From Lama glama (lineage: Eukaryota): DNA of 64,000 nt. Positions 24,771 to 37,337 of the stretch are shown here, in pieces. A model generated the notes under the pieces. It was not told where the DNA came from. It ran no database searches and was given only the letters and a program-made list of their open reading frames with translations. How positions within the stretch are numbered: the first letter of the stretch is position 1; each line of letters opens with the position of its first letter. The stretch spans positions 1,116,001-1,180,000 of the forward strand of contig CM052816.1 of NCBI GenBank assembly GCA_028534125.1, read 5' to 3'. The translations under genes and the position numbers were made by a program.

Positions 24771-26988
24771 AACACTCCAGGGGCTCCTGGTGGGAGGTCA
24801 GGATTGTGCTGTTAGTTCGGCTGCAGTTGGTGGCAGTTAGGATTTTAAACAAGGCTCTAACTTTTGTCTCATGTTCCGCTTTCAACATTCCTTTTCATTT
24901 TTGATTCTCAGAGGAACCCTATAAGGCAAATGGGGTGAGGGTTACATGAGCTGCATCTTACAGGTGAGGAAATGGAGGCCCAGCTAAGAGGAAATGACTT
25001 TTCCATAGCCACATGGCCTGTGAGTTACAAAGGTAGGACTGGGGCCCACTTCTTCTGAACCCAAGACCAGTGTTCTTGGGTTTCCCTCAGTAGCCAAGTG
25101 TGGCTTTGTCATTCTGTTGCTCCTCTTGCACTTTTTATTACGAGTGAGTTCTTACTGTGTCACGCTCTGGGTTAGAAGCTTTGAGTATATTATCTTATTC
25201 TCGTACCAACTCTGTGAGGTAGGTATACTGTGGTTTCCATCAGACAGTTGAGGAAACTAAATGTCCGTGTTTCTCATGGCTCTTAATCACTGAGTGAAAC
25301 GCCATCCTTCATTGTAAGTGTGTCACAACCTGATAACCGACAGGTCAAATTTAACTGAGTACAATTTATATCTTTCAGTCTCCGGGGGGATGGTGCAGAG
25401 GTCAGGCTCAGCAGCCTAGCTCAAAGGCCCAGACAGGTGTCCTTGGAGTTTCTGCTGGCAGATCACATTCAAACAGAGTCAGTGAGAGACCAGTGTCCCC
25501 ACTGCAGGCCCTTTCCACATCACAGTCTGAGTAGGGGGCCCTTGGGAGTGAACCCGGGATTTGTGTCCTGACGGCCAAGGGCAAAAGCAGGAAGAGGAAG
25601 ACAGTGGACCCCAGGCTGAAGCACTTCAGCACCTAGTGTTTTCCTAGAACATGTGTCTTTATGAAGCATTAGATACTTAGAGATGAGAAACCCAAGTTAA
25701 AACCAGACTGAAGAATTTCATCTAATTTAGCAACTCATGATTCCATTTGGGGGGGTTAACCAACTAACAATTTTTTTCCTTCAGGAGGAAGGCTAACCTG
25801 CAGCCTTCCCTGTTCAATTCACACCAGAAAGGACGATTTAGGAACTAAGATAGTTTTTTAAGAGGTGAGGAAAGACCAATACTTTCTTTTTTCCTTATCC
25901 ATGGAACAGATATTTATGGAGTACCTGGTATATGTAAAATGTTCTGCAAGCCCCCTTCCCGTAGTAGGGGGGTGGGTGGCCCAGTGCTCCAGAAGGCCAA
26001 AAGGAAGAAGGGATTCGAATTGGATCTGGTGTGAGTTAGAAAAACTGAGGAAAGGAGAAAACTTACTTGAATCCAAGGATACCAGTGCCCTTTCTGGATT
26101 TAGACCACTTGTTTTCTCTTTACCGTGAATTTTCTTCAGAGCAGAGACTGGGTCTCAAACACTCGCTAATCAAGCAAACATTTCTTGACCACCCACTGTG
26201 TGCAAGGAAGTTGGAAACCCTGGGAATGTAGCAGGTGTCCCTGCTCCCAAGGGGCTTCCATTTTAATGGGAGAGGTGACAGGCCCAGTGAGCAGGTAAGC
26301 AGACAGGTGCAGCGAATACAAGTGAGTTGTAAGGCCTGGAAAGACAGGGCAAGGAGCTGGGCTCCAAACAGAGAGCTGTCTGCAAGGAAGGCCTTGGAGG
26401 AAGTGACATTTAAGCTGAAACACAGCTTCTCCCAGATGAAGTGCCAGCATGCCGAGAGGTGGGGCCCCTGGATTGCCGGCAGAGGGGCAGAATAGAGCTT
26501 GGCCTGAAGGAGGCGGGTGTGGGAAGAGAAGGGAAGAGCCACGTTAGGGTGGAGGCTGGGGGCCGGGTCCTTTAGGGCCAGGTCAGGGGTCCCCATGTTT
26601 GCTGTTCGCAGCCAGGGGCTACTGGAGTGCGACTGTCCAGGAGGTGGCGTGGCTGAGTTATGTTTGTAAACGATCCCTCCGGCTTGGGCATGGAGAGTGC
26701 CCCTGGGGGGAGCAAGAGACCAGGATAGAGGCCCTTGCTGGGTCTAAGCAAGGAATGAGCTGATGGTGTTAAGGGTCCTGGTCTTTGGGTCCAGCCCCTG
26801 GGGACACCCCATGAACACTCCACAGTGGATTGCGGTGGGGTGTCAGGGCCCAGGAGACTGCCCCCATCACCCTGGCTGAGCCACGTGTGGGTCTCTCAGA
26901 GGTCAGGAGGTTTCCTCAAGCGTCATTTTCCTCAAATATCCTAAGGGAGAAAAAATAACTTTTACATTTTCAAAACCATACGTTTTTC

Positions 26989-27017
26989 TGTGTGTATGTG
27001 TGTGTGTGTGTGTGTGT
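26989..27017. repeat. (TG)n microsatellite
   Basis: TG run with one TA interruption. Confidence 0.9.
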
Positions 27018-30000
27018 ACAAAATGATATAATAAAAGATGAGATATCAAAGAAATTTCTCTATTGCTGTGTGTGGCTTTGGCATATGCTTCAATGTCTCT
27101 TCTGTAATTTGGGATATTTAGCAAGAAAAATCTAAGAAATGCTGACATCATGGAAAGCATTGGGGCATTAGGGTCAGCCAAACCCAAGTTCAAATATAGC
27201 TTCTGCCATGAACTAGTTTTGTAAACATGAACAAATTAACTTCTCAAGCATCAGCTTCCTCTTCTATAAAACAGGGGAAAAAAAGCAGCAGGAAGGGAGC
27301 AAGGTGAAGTACGTTATGCGTGGTCTTCAGAGCCCCTCAGACACAGGTTTGAATGTTGTCCCCTTTGCTCTAATTGTGTGATATGGGATAAATCATTCTA
27401 CTTCTCAGAGCCACTGTTTCTTCCTCCGAAAAATGGGACAATACATTTACTGCCTTCATAGGGTTTATTGTAAACTTCAAATAAAATAATTCCAATAAAA
27501 ATCTTTGCACAGTCCCTGGAACTTTGCAGGCATCCAGTTGAGTCGGTTTGCCTCTGCCTCAGTTTCCCTGTCTGTAACTAAAGGGGTTGGTCTCTTGGGG
27601 CTCCTCTCAAGTTTGTCCTTCTAAATTTGTTTAAAAGACCCTGCAAGAGTTAATCTGTCTGGATGCCTTGGGGCCTTGGCCCCTGTCCTAGCACTGGGCC
27701 CCTGTTTTTTTCACCCACGTGGTGTGGAGAGGAGGTTGGCGGGGAAGGTGAAGTCACAGGCTGGGAGCAGGGCTATTTGGAGCCTGGTCTTTCTTGGAGG
27801 TGCCCTGGAGGCAAGGAGACTTGCCTCTCCCTCCCGGTAGGTTTGGAACCAGAACCTAGTCTCCCTGCCTATATTTCCAAAACAGTTCCTGGCTAGGGCT
27901 GCCGGAGTCTCCAGGCTCCAGTTCTGAGAAATCCCTTCCTCCCTGCATGTTCCAGAGCCCAGCTCCTCCACCCAGCCACTGGGGCCTGCCCTGGGCCAGC
28001 ATCACTGAGCGGGATCCCCTGTTATCCAGAGAGGCTGGTGCTGGCGGACCTGATGTGGGCTGGAGAGCAGACCCTCCTCCCTCCTGCCTGGCTTGTGTGG
28101 CTCAGAGTGGAGGTCAGAAGAAAGAGGGGAGCCTTAAGCAGAAACCCTCGGTTCCCCTCCCTCCTTCCTCTGTCGCATCCGGCAGTCTCGCTTTCCTGCC
28201 TGAGTTGCAGACTCTCCTCTGCTTAGGAGACTGGCTCCCACCCGCTTCCTTCCTCCCTCCCTCCCTCCCCACATATTTGTAGATCGCAACTTTCTGAACC
28301 ATTTCAAACCTGCTCTGAGAGTTGATTTCTCTTCTGGTGGCCCAGATGTGTCCCACCTCACAAGTAATACTGAGGCCAGTTTGGCAAGACTCTCACCAAG
28401 TAGACAAGGGAAGGAGACGTAGATTCCTGGGGCCTGGGGAGCATCTCAGACACAGTTTTCCAAAAGCCCATCATGCCTGTAAACTTCCGCTAGGTTTGCC
28501 ACGTCAGCCTCCCACCTCCGCTCTGGCCTGTGCAGCCCATGTTGAGCACGGGTACCACGAGGGAGGCATCAAACTGCAGCTCTGTCTGCCTCCCTCTACT
28601 CTTTGTAATTGAGCCAGTGAGGGCGCTCCCCATCCCCCTGCTAGTCCACTCCCAGGTAACCCTCTCTTCAGTCTTCATTCCTCCTGTCCCCCAGAGAAAG
28701 TGTGAGGCTGACAGGGCCATCTGCTCCCTTCTCCACTCACCTCTCTCTGGGTTGAAGGAAAGAGCAAAAGGAGAGGTTAAGAGATGGAAGGAGGGTTCAG
28801 ATTCTTACTTGTTTCCTGGCTGGCACAGGGCTGGGCTCCTCTGCCCTTTGGGCCCGACAGCAGTGGAAGCTGTCTCCTTTGTGGGGGCTTTCTGCGGGCC
28901 CCTTGGGGGTTCCAATGTTGGGCCGTAGGACTGGAACAGCCGTAAAGGCAGCCATGCATACTTTCCTTTCACCGGCAAGTCCAGGCCTCCCCCTGGGCTT
29001 CTGGTTTTCTGGCGTCCACCCTGCATGCTCATCACTGCTGGGCCCCTCTCTTTCTGTTCTGATCCCTCTGGCTCAGGCTGCGAAACATCTGGTACCTTCC
29101 ATCTACCAGGGAGGGTGAGAAGGCAGTCAGCCCCCTTTCCTGTGCAGCAGAGAGCTCTCTCTTCCCCCTCCACCTGGGCCACCAGCCGCTCTCCCACCTC
29201 CAGCTTTCTTAGACCTGCTGGTGTCAGGCAAGGGCACACTGCCTCCACGGGGGCTGTTGCATTTTAAAATCCAAAAGTGCCAAGAGTTGTGGGATGGGCT
29301 TTCAAACTCCTTTGTCAGTTCTTCACTTTGGCCTGACCGTTGGATTTAGAATGCAGCTGATCCTCTTATGTGTCCTGGTGCCCAGGTGAATATTTAAATT
29401 TCAACACCCTCTTTTGCTCATCTACTCAGTCTTTCTTTACATTCTCTCCAAAGGATGTGAAATTCCTTTCAGCTAAGTACCCAGAGCTAACCTGTGCCTC
29501 TGTCAATCGCCGGCCTTCCTTGCATCCTAGCAAATGCTCTGCCCAGGGTCCCTGGCGCCTTGGTCCTGTCTGGGGGTTTCCAAGGTCTTCATGCATATTT
29601 GTGGCGGCTTGCTCAAGATTCTTTAAGAATAGGTGTGGACTTCCGTAGATGACAGCGCTGTTTGTGGAAAAGGGATATTAGAAAGGGTTATAGAGGCAGG
29701 AAAGATCCACTTCGCCAAACTGAAACTGTTTTTTCTTCATCAGGATTATAGAAATTGAAAAGATAATAGTTTTGCTATTATATGATGTCCTGCCTTAAAT
29801 AAAGGCAGTATCTGGTACTAAATCATCTCTACCTGGCCTGAGACACCCTTGTGACATTTAGTCTTTGAGGTCTGGAAAAAGAAAGTGACTTGTCCAAAGT
29901 CACCAAGTGGGTGAGTCTTGGGGCTGGCCCCCTGAGGACCAGCTCAGTGCAGTGTTGTAGTCTCCCCGCCTTGGCTTCTCTCCCCTTCATCTGTTCCCAG

Positions 30001-32345
30001 GGTTAAAGAATTGGAGGGGCCGGGAGGAGAGATGGAGTCAGCCTGTTTCCAGAGGCAGCCCGGACGTCTGGACAGGCTCCCAGGCCCCAGGCAAAGCAGG
30101 ATGTGAAGGGAAGGGAGGTTGAGGGCCCAGGAGGGAAGTGGAAGCTGCAAGGGTGAGGCCTGAGCAGGGTTCCTGCCAGCGCCACGCTGCGGGGAGCTCC
30201 CTCATGCTTGAGGTCTTGGATCAGGCAAAATCAGTGCAAGAACAGAGAGAAGCCAGCAAGGCTTTGTATCTGGAAAGAGAGGGCAAAGTGGAGTCTGGAA
30301 GTCTCAGTCAGCACAAAGGTAAAGGGACCTTAGAGAGAGATCCTCTAGTCCTGTGGTCCTCAAAGTCGGTCCCTGGACTGCCAGCAGCAGCATGCCTTGG
30401 ATACTGTATCATGACACAAATCTTCCAGCCCCAACCCAGACCTACTGAATCATAAACTCTGGGGTGGGGCCCAACAATTTGGGTCTGAACAAGCCCTCCA
30501 GGGGAGTCTGCTGCACGCTTGAGTGTGGGAACAACCCCTCATTTTTCATGTGGGGGTGGGGACCGAGGCCCAGAGAGGGAAAAGGGCTTACCTAAAGTCA
30601 CGGAGCAAGTTAGCACTTCAGAGTTCATCTCAGAGGCAGGAAGTGGCAGGAAAGAATGGTCTCCCTCCTGGTTTCATTCCTGGGAGAGAGGCTGTTGGCT
30701 GCAAAGTGACTGAGCCAGACAAGGCACTGATTTCTGCTCTGGACCTTGGCTTCTGCATCTTCCCAGCGAGGGGCTGGGGGTAGATAGATAATCTCTGGGC
30801 ACCTAACACTCTGGTCTCTAGTATGGTCATGCTGTTGCTGTCCCAGCCTTAAAGACATGGTGTGAAATGAAGGCAGTCTGAGATTTGTAGTCTCCAAAAA
30901 ATTATGCCCCACACCTCTTTTCCAGGAAGCTATTTATTACAGGATATCTGCCACCAAAATGAGGGAGTGAAAAATAAAATATAAAACAAAAAGAGAAAGA
31001 CATTGGATTCATAGAGCAGGAGCTACAACACAGGAGAGAGGCAAAGAGAACCAGCATGATGGTGATAAAGGAGGATCCTGGGGTGACAGCTTCGCATTTA
31101 CAGAGATCAGAACAAGTGAATAGAGGGGTCTAGGATTTATGTCTGCAGGAAAATAAACGGAGGAGGTAAATTACCTGACACATTTGATGATGTAGAAAAT
31201 AGTGGTGTAGAAAATAAAGCAAATAAATGATAAAACTATCAATATCTCCAGTAAGAAAAGTGTATACAAAAAAAGTATAATTATAGTACAGTGCTCAGCT
31301 TAGCAGTAAACATTGCTTACAATCATTCAAAGAATGAATTTTGATCTAGTCAAAAATTGTATTTGAACTCCATGAGGGAGAAAAAAACAATCCTCATCTG
31401 TCATAATAGGAATTCAAAGGCAACGTCTAAAATTGATAAATCAAAAAAATCCATATAAGCACATTATATTTTAATGTGGATAAATAGCAGAAGAAAAGGC
31501 AAAAGCATTTGAGGAGTGGGAGGGAGTTTTGAAGTGAAGGATGGGTGGGACTGAACATCACACACAGTTTTTCATTATAAGCCTTATAGTATTATTTAAC
31601 TTTGAAACAATGTAAGTGTAGTTTTTATTATTTTTTTAACTTAAAAAAAAAAAGCAGACAATTCTGAATCTGCATGGCCTCGTTCAAATCCCAGCCCTGC
31701 CACCTGCTGATTCCCTGACTTAGTCATGCTGTGAAACTCTCTGAGCCTGCATTTCCTCCCCTGTGTCTATCTGGTAAGGATGCTGTGAGATTAAGTAACG
31801 CATGGAAAGCTCTTAGCCCCATGCACAGGAAGCCCTTGGCAGAGGAGCTGCAGTCATGGGCCACCAGCGCTGCTCAGGCTTGGGGCACCTTCACTCAGAG
31901 CTGACACCCCAATTCTCACCCACCGATGAGCTGCGCTGAGTCCCCTGGGAGAAGCAGCCTAGTTGCAAATCATCACCTGCAATTTGAAGTATTTCTGCCC
32001 TTGTAACTTTCCCTTCATGCCACCTGTTCGAATGAAACCATGGATCGTTTGTCTCCATCCACAGCCCCTCCCCATCAGCTGTCACTGGGCTGTCAGTCCC
32101 GCCACTGCAGACAAAGTGTCTTCTGGGTCCATGACTCAGCTCATCCAAATAGGTCCTCAGGATGTGATGACACTGTCCAGCTACTTGTATGTGATGTAGA
32201 AGAGAGCGAGAATCAGAAATACATCTGTGTCTCTCCCTGGTGCCTTCTCCTCCTTCCACTCTGAAAGCCTCTCTGACTGACCACCAGTGAGCTCACTGGC
32301 TAGACTCCCCACTCATGGCTCTCTTGTCTCCTCCAGGTGACCACC

Positions 32346-32589
32346 ATGATCCCCTGGGTGCTCTTGGCCTGTGCCCTTCCTTGTGCCGCCGACCCGCTGC
32401 TAGGTGCCTTCGCCCGCAGGGACTTCCAGAAGGGCCTCCCTCAACTCATCTGCAGCCTGCCTGGCCCCCAGGGCCCACCCGGCCCCCCAGGAGCTCCAGG
32501 GCCAGCAGGAATGATGGGAAGAATGGGCTTTCCAGGGAAAGATGGCCAGGATGGCCAGGACGGGGACCGGGGGGATAATGGAGAAGAAG
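32346..32589 (+). CDS. C1QTNF2: C1q/TNF-related protein 2 (CTRP2), first coding exon: signal peptide and start of collagen domain
   Basis: Acceptor ctcttgtctcctccag ends at 32336 and the exon starts at 32337. ACCACC-ATG at 32346 reads MIPWVLLACALPCAADPLLGAFARRDFQKGLPQLICSLPGPQGPPGPPG...GDNGEE. Donor G|GTAAGT at 32590 (244 nt, phase 1). Confidence 0.97.
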
Positions 32590-33958
32590 GTAAGTGGCCC
32601 AGTGCTTGTCTCTCCTGTTCCTTCCCACCTGCAGTTGACAGCATCTGACATGAAAGGGGTTTGTGAAGTTATGAAAACTCATATTAACTCATTTCATTAT
32701 AAACCAAATTAATGTATCTCAATCGTTGTCACTGTTTACTCTCCAGAAAGGAACAGTGACCATCAAATCTTGTGTTCTTGACCTAGCTGCACCACTGCTT
32801 TGCTGAGTGACTTTAAGCAAGTCTCCTGAAATCTTATTTGTAACTCTTTTGGTTGCAAGTGACAGAAACCCAATTTATAGTCCCAAATGGAATTTATTGC
32901 CTCATACAACTAGGAAGTCCGAGAGCTGAGCTTCAGGAATAGCTGGATCCAGGAGTTCAAATACTGTTGTCAAGGCTCTGCTTCTCTCTGTGTGTTGGTT
33001 TGGTTCTCACAAAGGCTGGAAGTTGTGAAATGCCCACTGGTGGGCTCAAGCCTACCTCCTCATGGCTTGATCCATAAAGTAAATCTCAGGATGACTGATC
33101 CTCCTTGACCTCCTTTTGTGGTCAAAGGGATTGATGCAGCCTGAACCAACCCCTTTGACCACAGAGGTGAGGTTCCACCATTTGCTAGGACTGAGTCATG
33201 CTCCCATCCCTGGGTGTGTGTGCGTGGGTGGTGAGGACAGTTGGTCGCTGAGATTGGCAGCCTCACGAGGACCATGTGAAGTAGTGAAGGGCACTTTCCC
33301 AAAAGAAGGGAAGCCAGGCAGGCACAGACAGATTGGAAACTCTCTACAGGTTACTGCTCTTCCTTGATATTCCTTTTATCTCTAAATGCTACCAAGCACT
33401 TTTCAGTGTCAGCAGCACCCCAAAGTGTACACTTTAAGCTTGAGGGAAACCATAATAACTTTCCATTGTATGGCATTTCAATATTGACATAGAACTTTTG
33501 AGTATGTGGTACATTTGCTGGTACAGCAATACCATTCCGTGAACGAGGTGCTCACGTTGCCCCCATGTGACAGATGAGGGCACAGAGCCAGAGAGACTAA
33601 GCTGAGAATAGTACACTGTAGCTCCAAGAACTTGAACTCTGAAAACAAACCTGGATACCAATTTTGGCAAATGACCTCACCTCTCTCCAAACCTCAGTTG
33701 CCTCACCTCTAAAATAGGGATTATAACAGCACTTACCTTGCGGGGTGCAGTGAAGACGAAGTAAACTGACCCATGAAGCACCTGTCTCCGAGTAGACATA
33801 CAGTAAATGGTACATCTAAGTCCCCCTTAACAGACTTGCTAAGCTCACCCAACAGGCTGGGAGCAGACTCCAAGTCCCAGCCTTTTCCTATTGCACCAAG
33901 TTAATTCCTCCAAGGGCACCTCCTCCCCAGAAGGATAACCATAAAAATAATGATAATA

Positions 33959-34089
33959 GGGGGAGAGTATAGCTCAGAGGGTACAGCTAAGCATGTACAA
34001 GGTCCTGGGCTCAATCCCCAGTACCACCATTAAATAAACAAATAAATAATAAACAAACCTAATTACCTCCCCTCGAAATAAAACAAAAC
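33959..34089 (+). mobile_element. tRNA-derived SINE (Vic-1-like, camelid)
   Basis: ggggagagtatagctcag...ggtcctgggctcaatccccagtacc...aaacctaattacctcccc plus A-rich tail. 15-bp TSD aaaaataatgataat at 33943-57 and 34090-104. Confidence 0.88.
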
Positions 34090-34605
34090 AAAAATAATGA
34101 TAATGGCTTTGACTTGAGGGGATCTCACAATGTGTCAGGCACTGGATGACATTGTTCCCATTTGCTGACCACAGTGGTCGATTCATGTCTGAACATGTGC
34201 TCCAAGCAGAGCCAGCCAGTTTCCAGGGCATGTGCTTTGTGACTCTTAGGGGTGAGAGGGGATCTCTGCAATTGCCCTTCTTCCCTAATCAAGAGCTATG
34301 AGGACATGGGTTTGGGGTTGGTTTTGGCGAACTCTCTTGCCCTATATTGAGTCACCACTGAGAATTAAGCGAACACACCAAGGAAAGCAGAGTCGAGAGA
34401 TGGAGAGTCCTGACACATGTAACCCAGAAAAGCCAGGTCACCCCGGGACCAGTCACAGTAAAGGATAATATTCAACCACTCTCCCCTCCGACATACATGT
34501 ACAAATCCATCTCCAGAAAGGTCTTGGCAAGTAAAGTCGGCTTTTCCTGACGTTTCTCAAAAAAAAAGGAAATCAAAATGTGACACATCCCAAAACACAT
34601 CATAA

Positions 34606-34724
34606 GTAGGGAAAGGTGCAGCTCAGGGGTAGGGTGCATTAGCATGCACAAAGTCCAGGGTCCCATCCCCAATACCTCCATTTAAAAATAAATAAATAAA
34701 CCTAACCCCCCCCAGCAGAAAATA
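34606..34724 (+). mobile_element. tRNA-derived SINE (Vic-1-like)
   Basis: gcagctcaggggtagggtgcattagcatgcacaaagtccagggtcccatccccaatacctcca. TSD caaaacacatcataa / caaaatacatcataa. Confidence 0.82.
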
Positions 34725-36148
34725 CAAAATACATCATAAAACTTCCAGATAAGCTTCCTTATGTATTTGTCTCCCCCCAAAATTCGAATCCGAAATGATT
34801 CTGTCTTTATGGCTCCTCTTCTCATGGTGCCTTCTCCCATCTTTTGTTTCTTTTCATTTTCTTCAAGGAACGGCTTTTTGACCTTTCTTAGTTTTATTTT
34901 GTTCCTCATTCCTTTATTTTTAATTACACAAGTAGTACCCAAATATATTCTCAGTGTAATGCATTCAAACAATATAAATAAAGCAAGATTCCTCCTTAAT
35001 TCCTACCCTTCCTCATTCTCCTCTCATCCTCCAGAGGTAACCAATATCAACTGGTAAAATGTTCATCCTTCCTGGCCTCTTTCTACATAGTTATATATGT
35101 GTATAATAATACCCAGCCCCCTGAAAAAGGAAAAATAAGAATAAATAAATAAAAATTTAAATAATAATAATAATATCCAGCCCTGCCAGACACTTAGCAT
35201 AAGCATCCTGTTACTGAAAACTAGATGTTTAGTGGGAAAAAAAGAATTATTTGGGATTTGATTTACCAATTATTTAAAATAGGAAAAATTTAAATGCATG
35301 TTAACCTAAAACTAAAACACAGTGAAATGCCTGCATATATACAAATAAGAAGCAGAGTGCCTTGTTAGGATGTAAAGTGCCTACAGCGTTACTTTCTGAT
35401 CACCCAGTTCATAGGCTGGTGAGTAAGCGCTATCTTTGTGGCCAGTGATGCTAGGATGCAGCTTAGCACCAGCAACCTCCAGAGACAGGCTCCTTGATTG
35501 ATATCTGCCATGCTTTTCAAAACATCTGCACCCAACTCTGTCAGTCACTTTGTACCCATTGCAAAATTGTGTTTGAACGTGACTCCAGTCGTTACCCACA
35601 TATGTTTTGTCTAAAATATTGTATTGAGCTTGGGGGACAAAAATATAAATGTTTCCTACATAACCATCAGCTAAAAATATTCTATTCAGTGAAATGCACA
35701 TTATTAGAACATGGGTATTAAAAACCCAGAACCATTCTACAAGTAAACATTACTGTGGAAATGTTCTGCAAGATATGCCAAGTATATTTAGCGAGTGTTT
35801 ACTGTGTGCCAGGTGCTTAAATGGGTATAGAAATAGCATTGTGGTTTCTTTTTAACAACAACAAAAAAATTTCTGCCACCTGTTTTTTTCTCTTAACAGT
35901 GTATTTGAGAGAAATTTTTATATAATGCACATAAATCTGCCTCATTTTTTAAACTCCTGCACATAATGGATGGATAGTAATTTTTTCATCACTTCCTTTT
36001 GGATGGGCATTTAGTTGTTCTTAGTTTTTGCTGTTATAAAACTATTGTGCTGATATAAAAGCCCTGGCACACGTGGGCAGGGACCTTGGGCACTACACGG
36101 GGATTTCACTAGAGTCAGTGTTTTGAAGTCAAACGGCTTCGTCCAATA

Positions 36149-36211
36149 CTTTTTTTTTTTAATTGAAGTATAGGCAGTTTACAATGTTGTGTCCGTTTCT
36201 GGTGTACAGCA
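36149..36211 (-). mobile_element. Short L1 3' tail
   Basis: Poly-T followed by aattgaagtataggcagtttacaatgttgtgtccgtttctggtgtacagca. Confidence 0.7.
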
Positions 36212-36573
36212 CCAATTCCCATCTCAACCCATTACCAGCACAGCCCGTGCAAGGACTGATCCGGCAGACAAAACAGACTCTTCCTTGGAAGTCAGGAAAA
36301 GGGAAGGGCATGAATTGTTACAGATTATTTTTGCCCTGATCCACAGGATTCTGGAAGGTCAGTATCACCATGCCCATGTTCCAGGTAAGCCTGGGAGAAG
36401 CGCCCCCAGTTTACACCATGAGGATGTGCAGCCAGTTCTATGCGACTCCGCAGCCTCCTTGTTCTTTCCGTTACCCAAAGGCTTGTGCTCCAAGGATGGA
36501 GAGCCCAGGGGCCAGCAGCCTCCGCCTTGTTCTCCGAGGTCCCCTCCGTAACGCCAGCTGCTCTGTCTTCCAG

Positions 36574-37187
36574 GTCCTCCTGGCCGGACAGGTAACCGGG
36601 GAAAGCCAGGACCGAAGGGCAAAGCCGGGGCCATTGGGCGCGCGGGCCCCCGCGGCCCCAAGGGGGTGAGCGGGGCCCCGGGGAAGCACGGCACGCCCGG
36701 CAAGAAGGGGCCCAAGGGCAAGAAGGGGGAGCCGGGCCTCCCGGGCCCCTGCAGCTGCGGCAGCGGCCACGCCAAGTCGGCCTTCTCGGTGGCGGTGACC
36801 AAGAGCTACCCGCGGGAGCGGCTGCCCATCAAGTTCGACAAGATCCTGATGAACGAGGGCGGCCACTACAACGCGTCCAGCGGCAAGTTCGTCTGCGGCG
36901 TGCCGGGGATCTACTACTTCACCTACGACATCACGCTGGCCAACAAGCACCTGGCCATCGGCCTGGTGCACAACGGCCAGTACCGCATCCGGACCTTCGA
37001 CGCCAACACGGGCAACCACGACGTGGCCTCGGGCTCCACCATCCTGGCTCTCAAGCAGGGGGACGAGGTCTGGCTCCAGATCTTCTACTCAGAGCAGAAC
37101 GGGCTCTTCTACGACCCTTACTGGACCGACAGCCTCTTCACGGGCTTCCTCATCTACGCCGACCAGGACAACCCCAACGAGGTGTAG
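36574..37187 (+). CDS. C1QTNF2: CTRP2 last coding exon: remaining Gly-X-Y repeats and globular C1q domain
   Basis: Acceptor ctctgtcttccag ends at 36573, phase 1. Reads (G)[16 protein letters not shown]...[38 protein letters not shown]...[19 protein letters not shown]. 244+614=858 nt = 285 aa plus stop. Confidence 0.98.
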
Positions 37188-37331
37188 GCCGGCCAGTGCT
37201 GGGTCTCCGAGGAGGCCAGTGGCTCCTAGACTTGTGCCTCCAGAGCAAGACCCCTGAACTGTCCTCCGGGGACTGGGAGTCGGGAGCTTTTAAACTCAGG
37301 CCGACCTCCTCTACCCCTGCTTCCCTCCATC

Positions 37332-37337
37332 ATTAAA
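37332..37337 (+). terminator. C1QTNF2: Probable C1QTNF2 polyadenylation signal (ATTAAA variant)
   Basis: ATTAAA about 145 nt after the stop codon, followed by a T-rich stretch. Unique sequence gives way to repeat-like DNA shortly after. Confidence 0.6.

Noticed and set aside
33959..34035. tRNA gene candidates (also ~34610, ~41700, ~57620)
   Set aside because: A/B-box-like heads with A-rich tails, and TSDs in two cases: SINEs, not tRNAs.
36365..37019. Antisense ORFs of 145 and 182 aa opposite C1QTNF2 exon 3
   Set aside because: Shadow ORFs expected from extreme GC3 and collagen periodicity; no independent gene signals.
36666..37187. 173-aa ORF as a standalone gene
   Set aside because: It starts at an internal GTG; the true frame enters by splicing at 36574.
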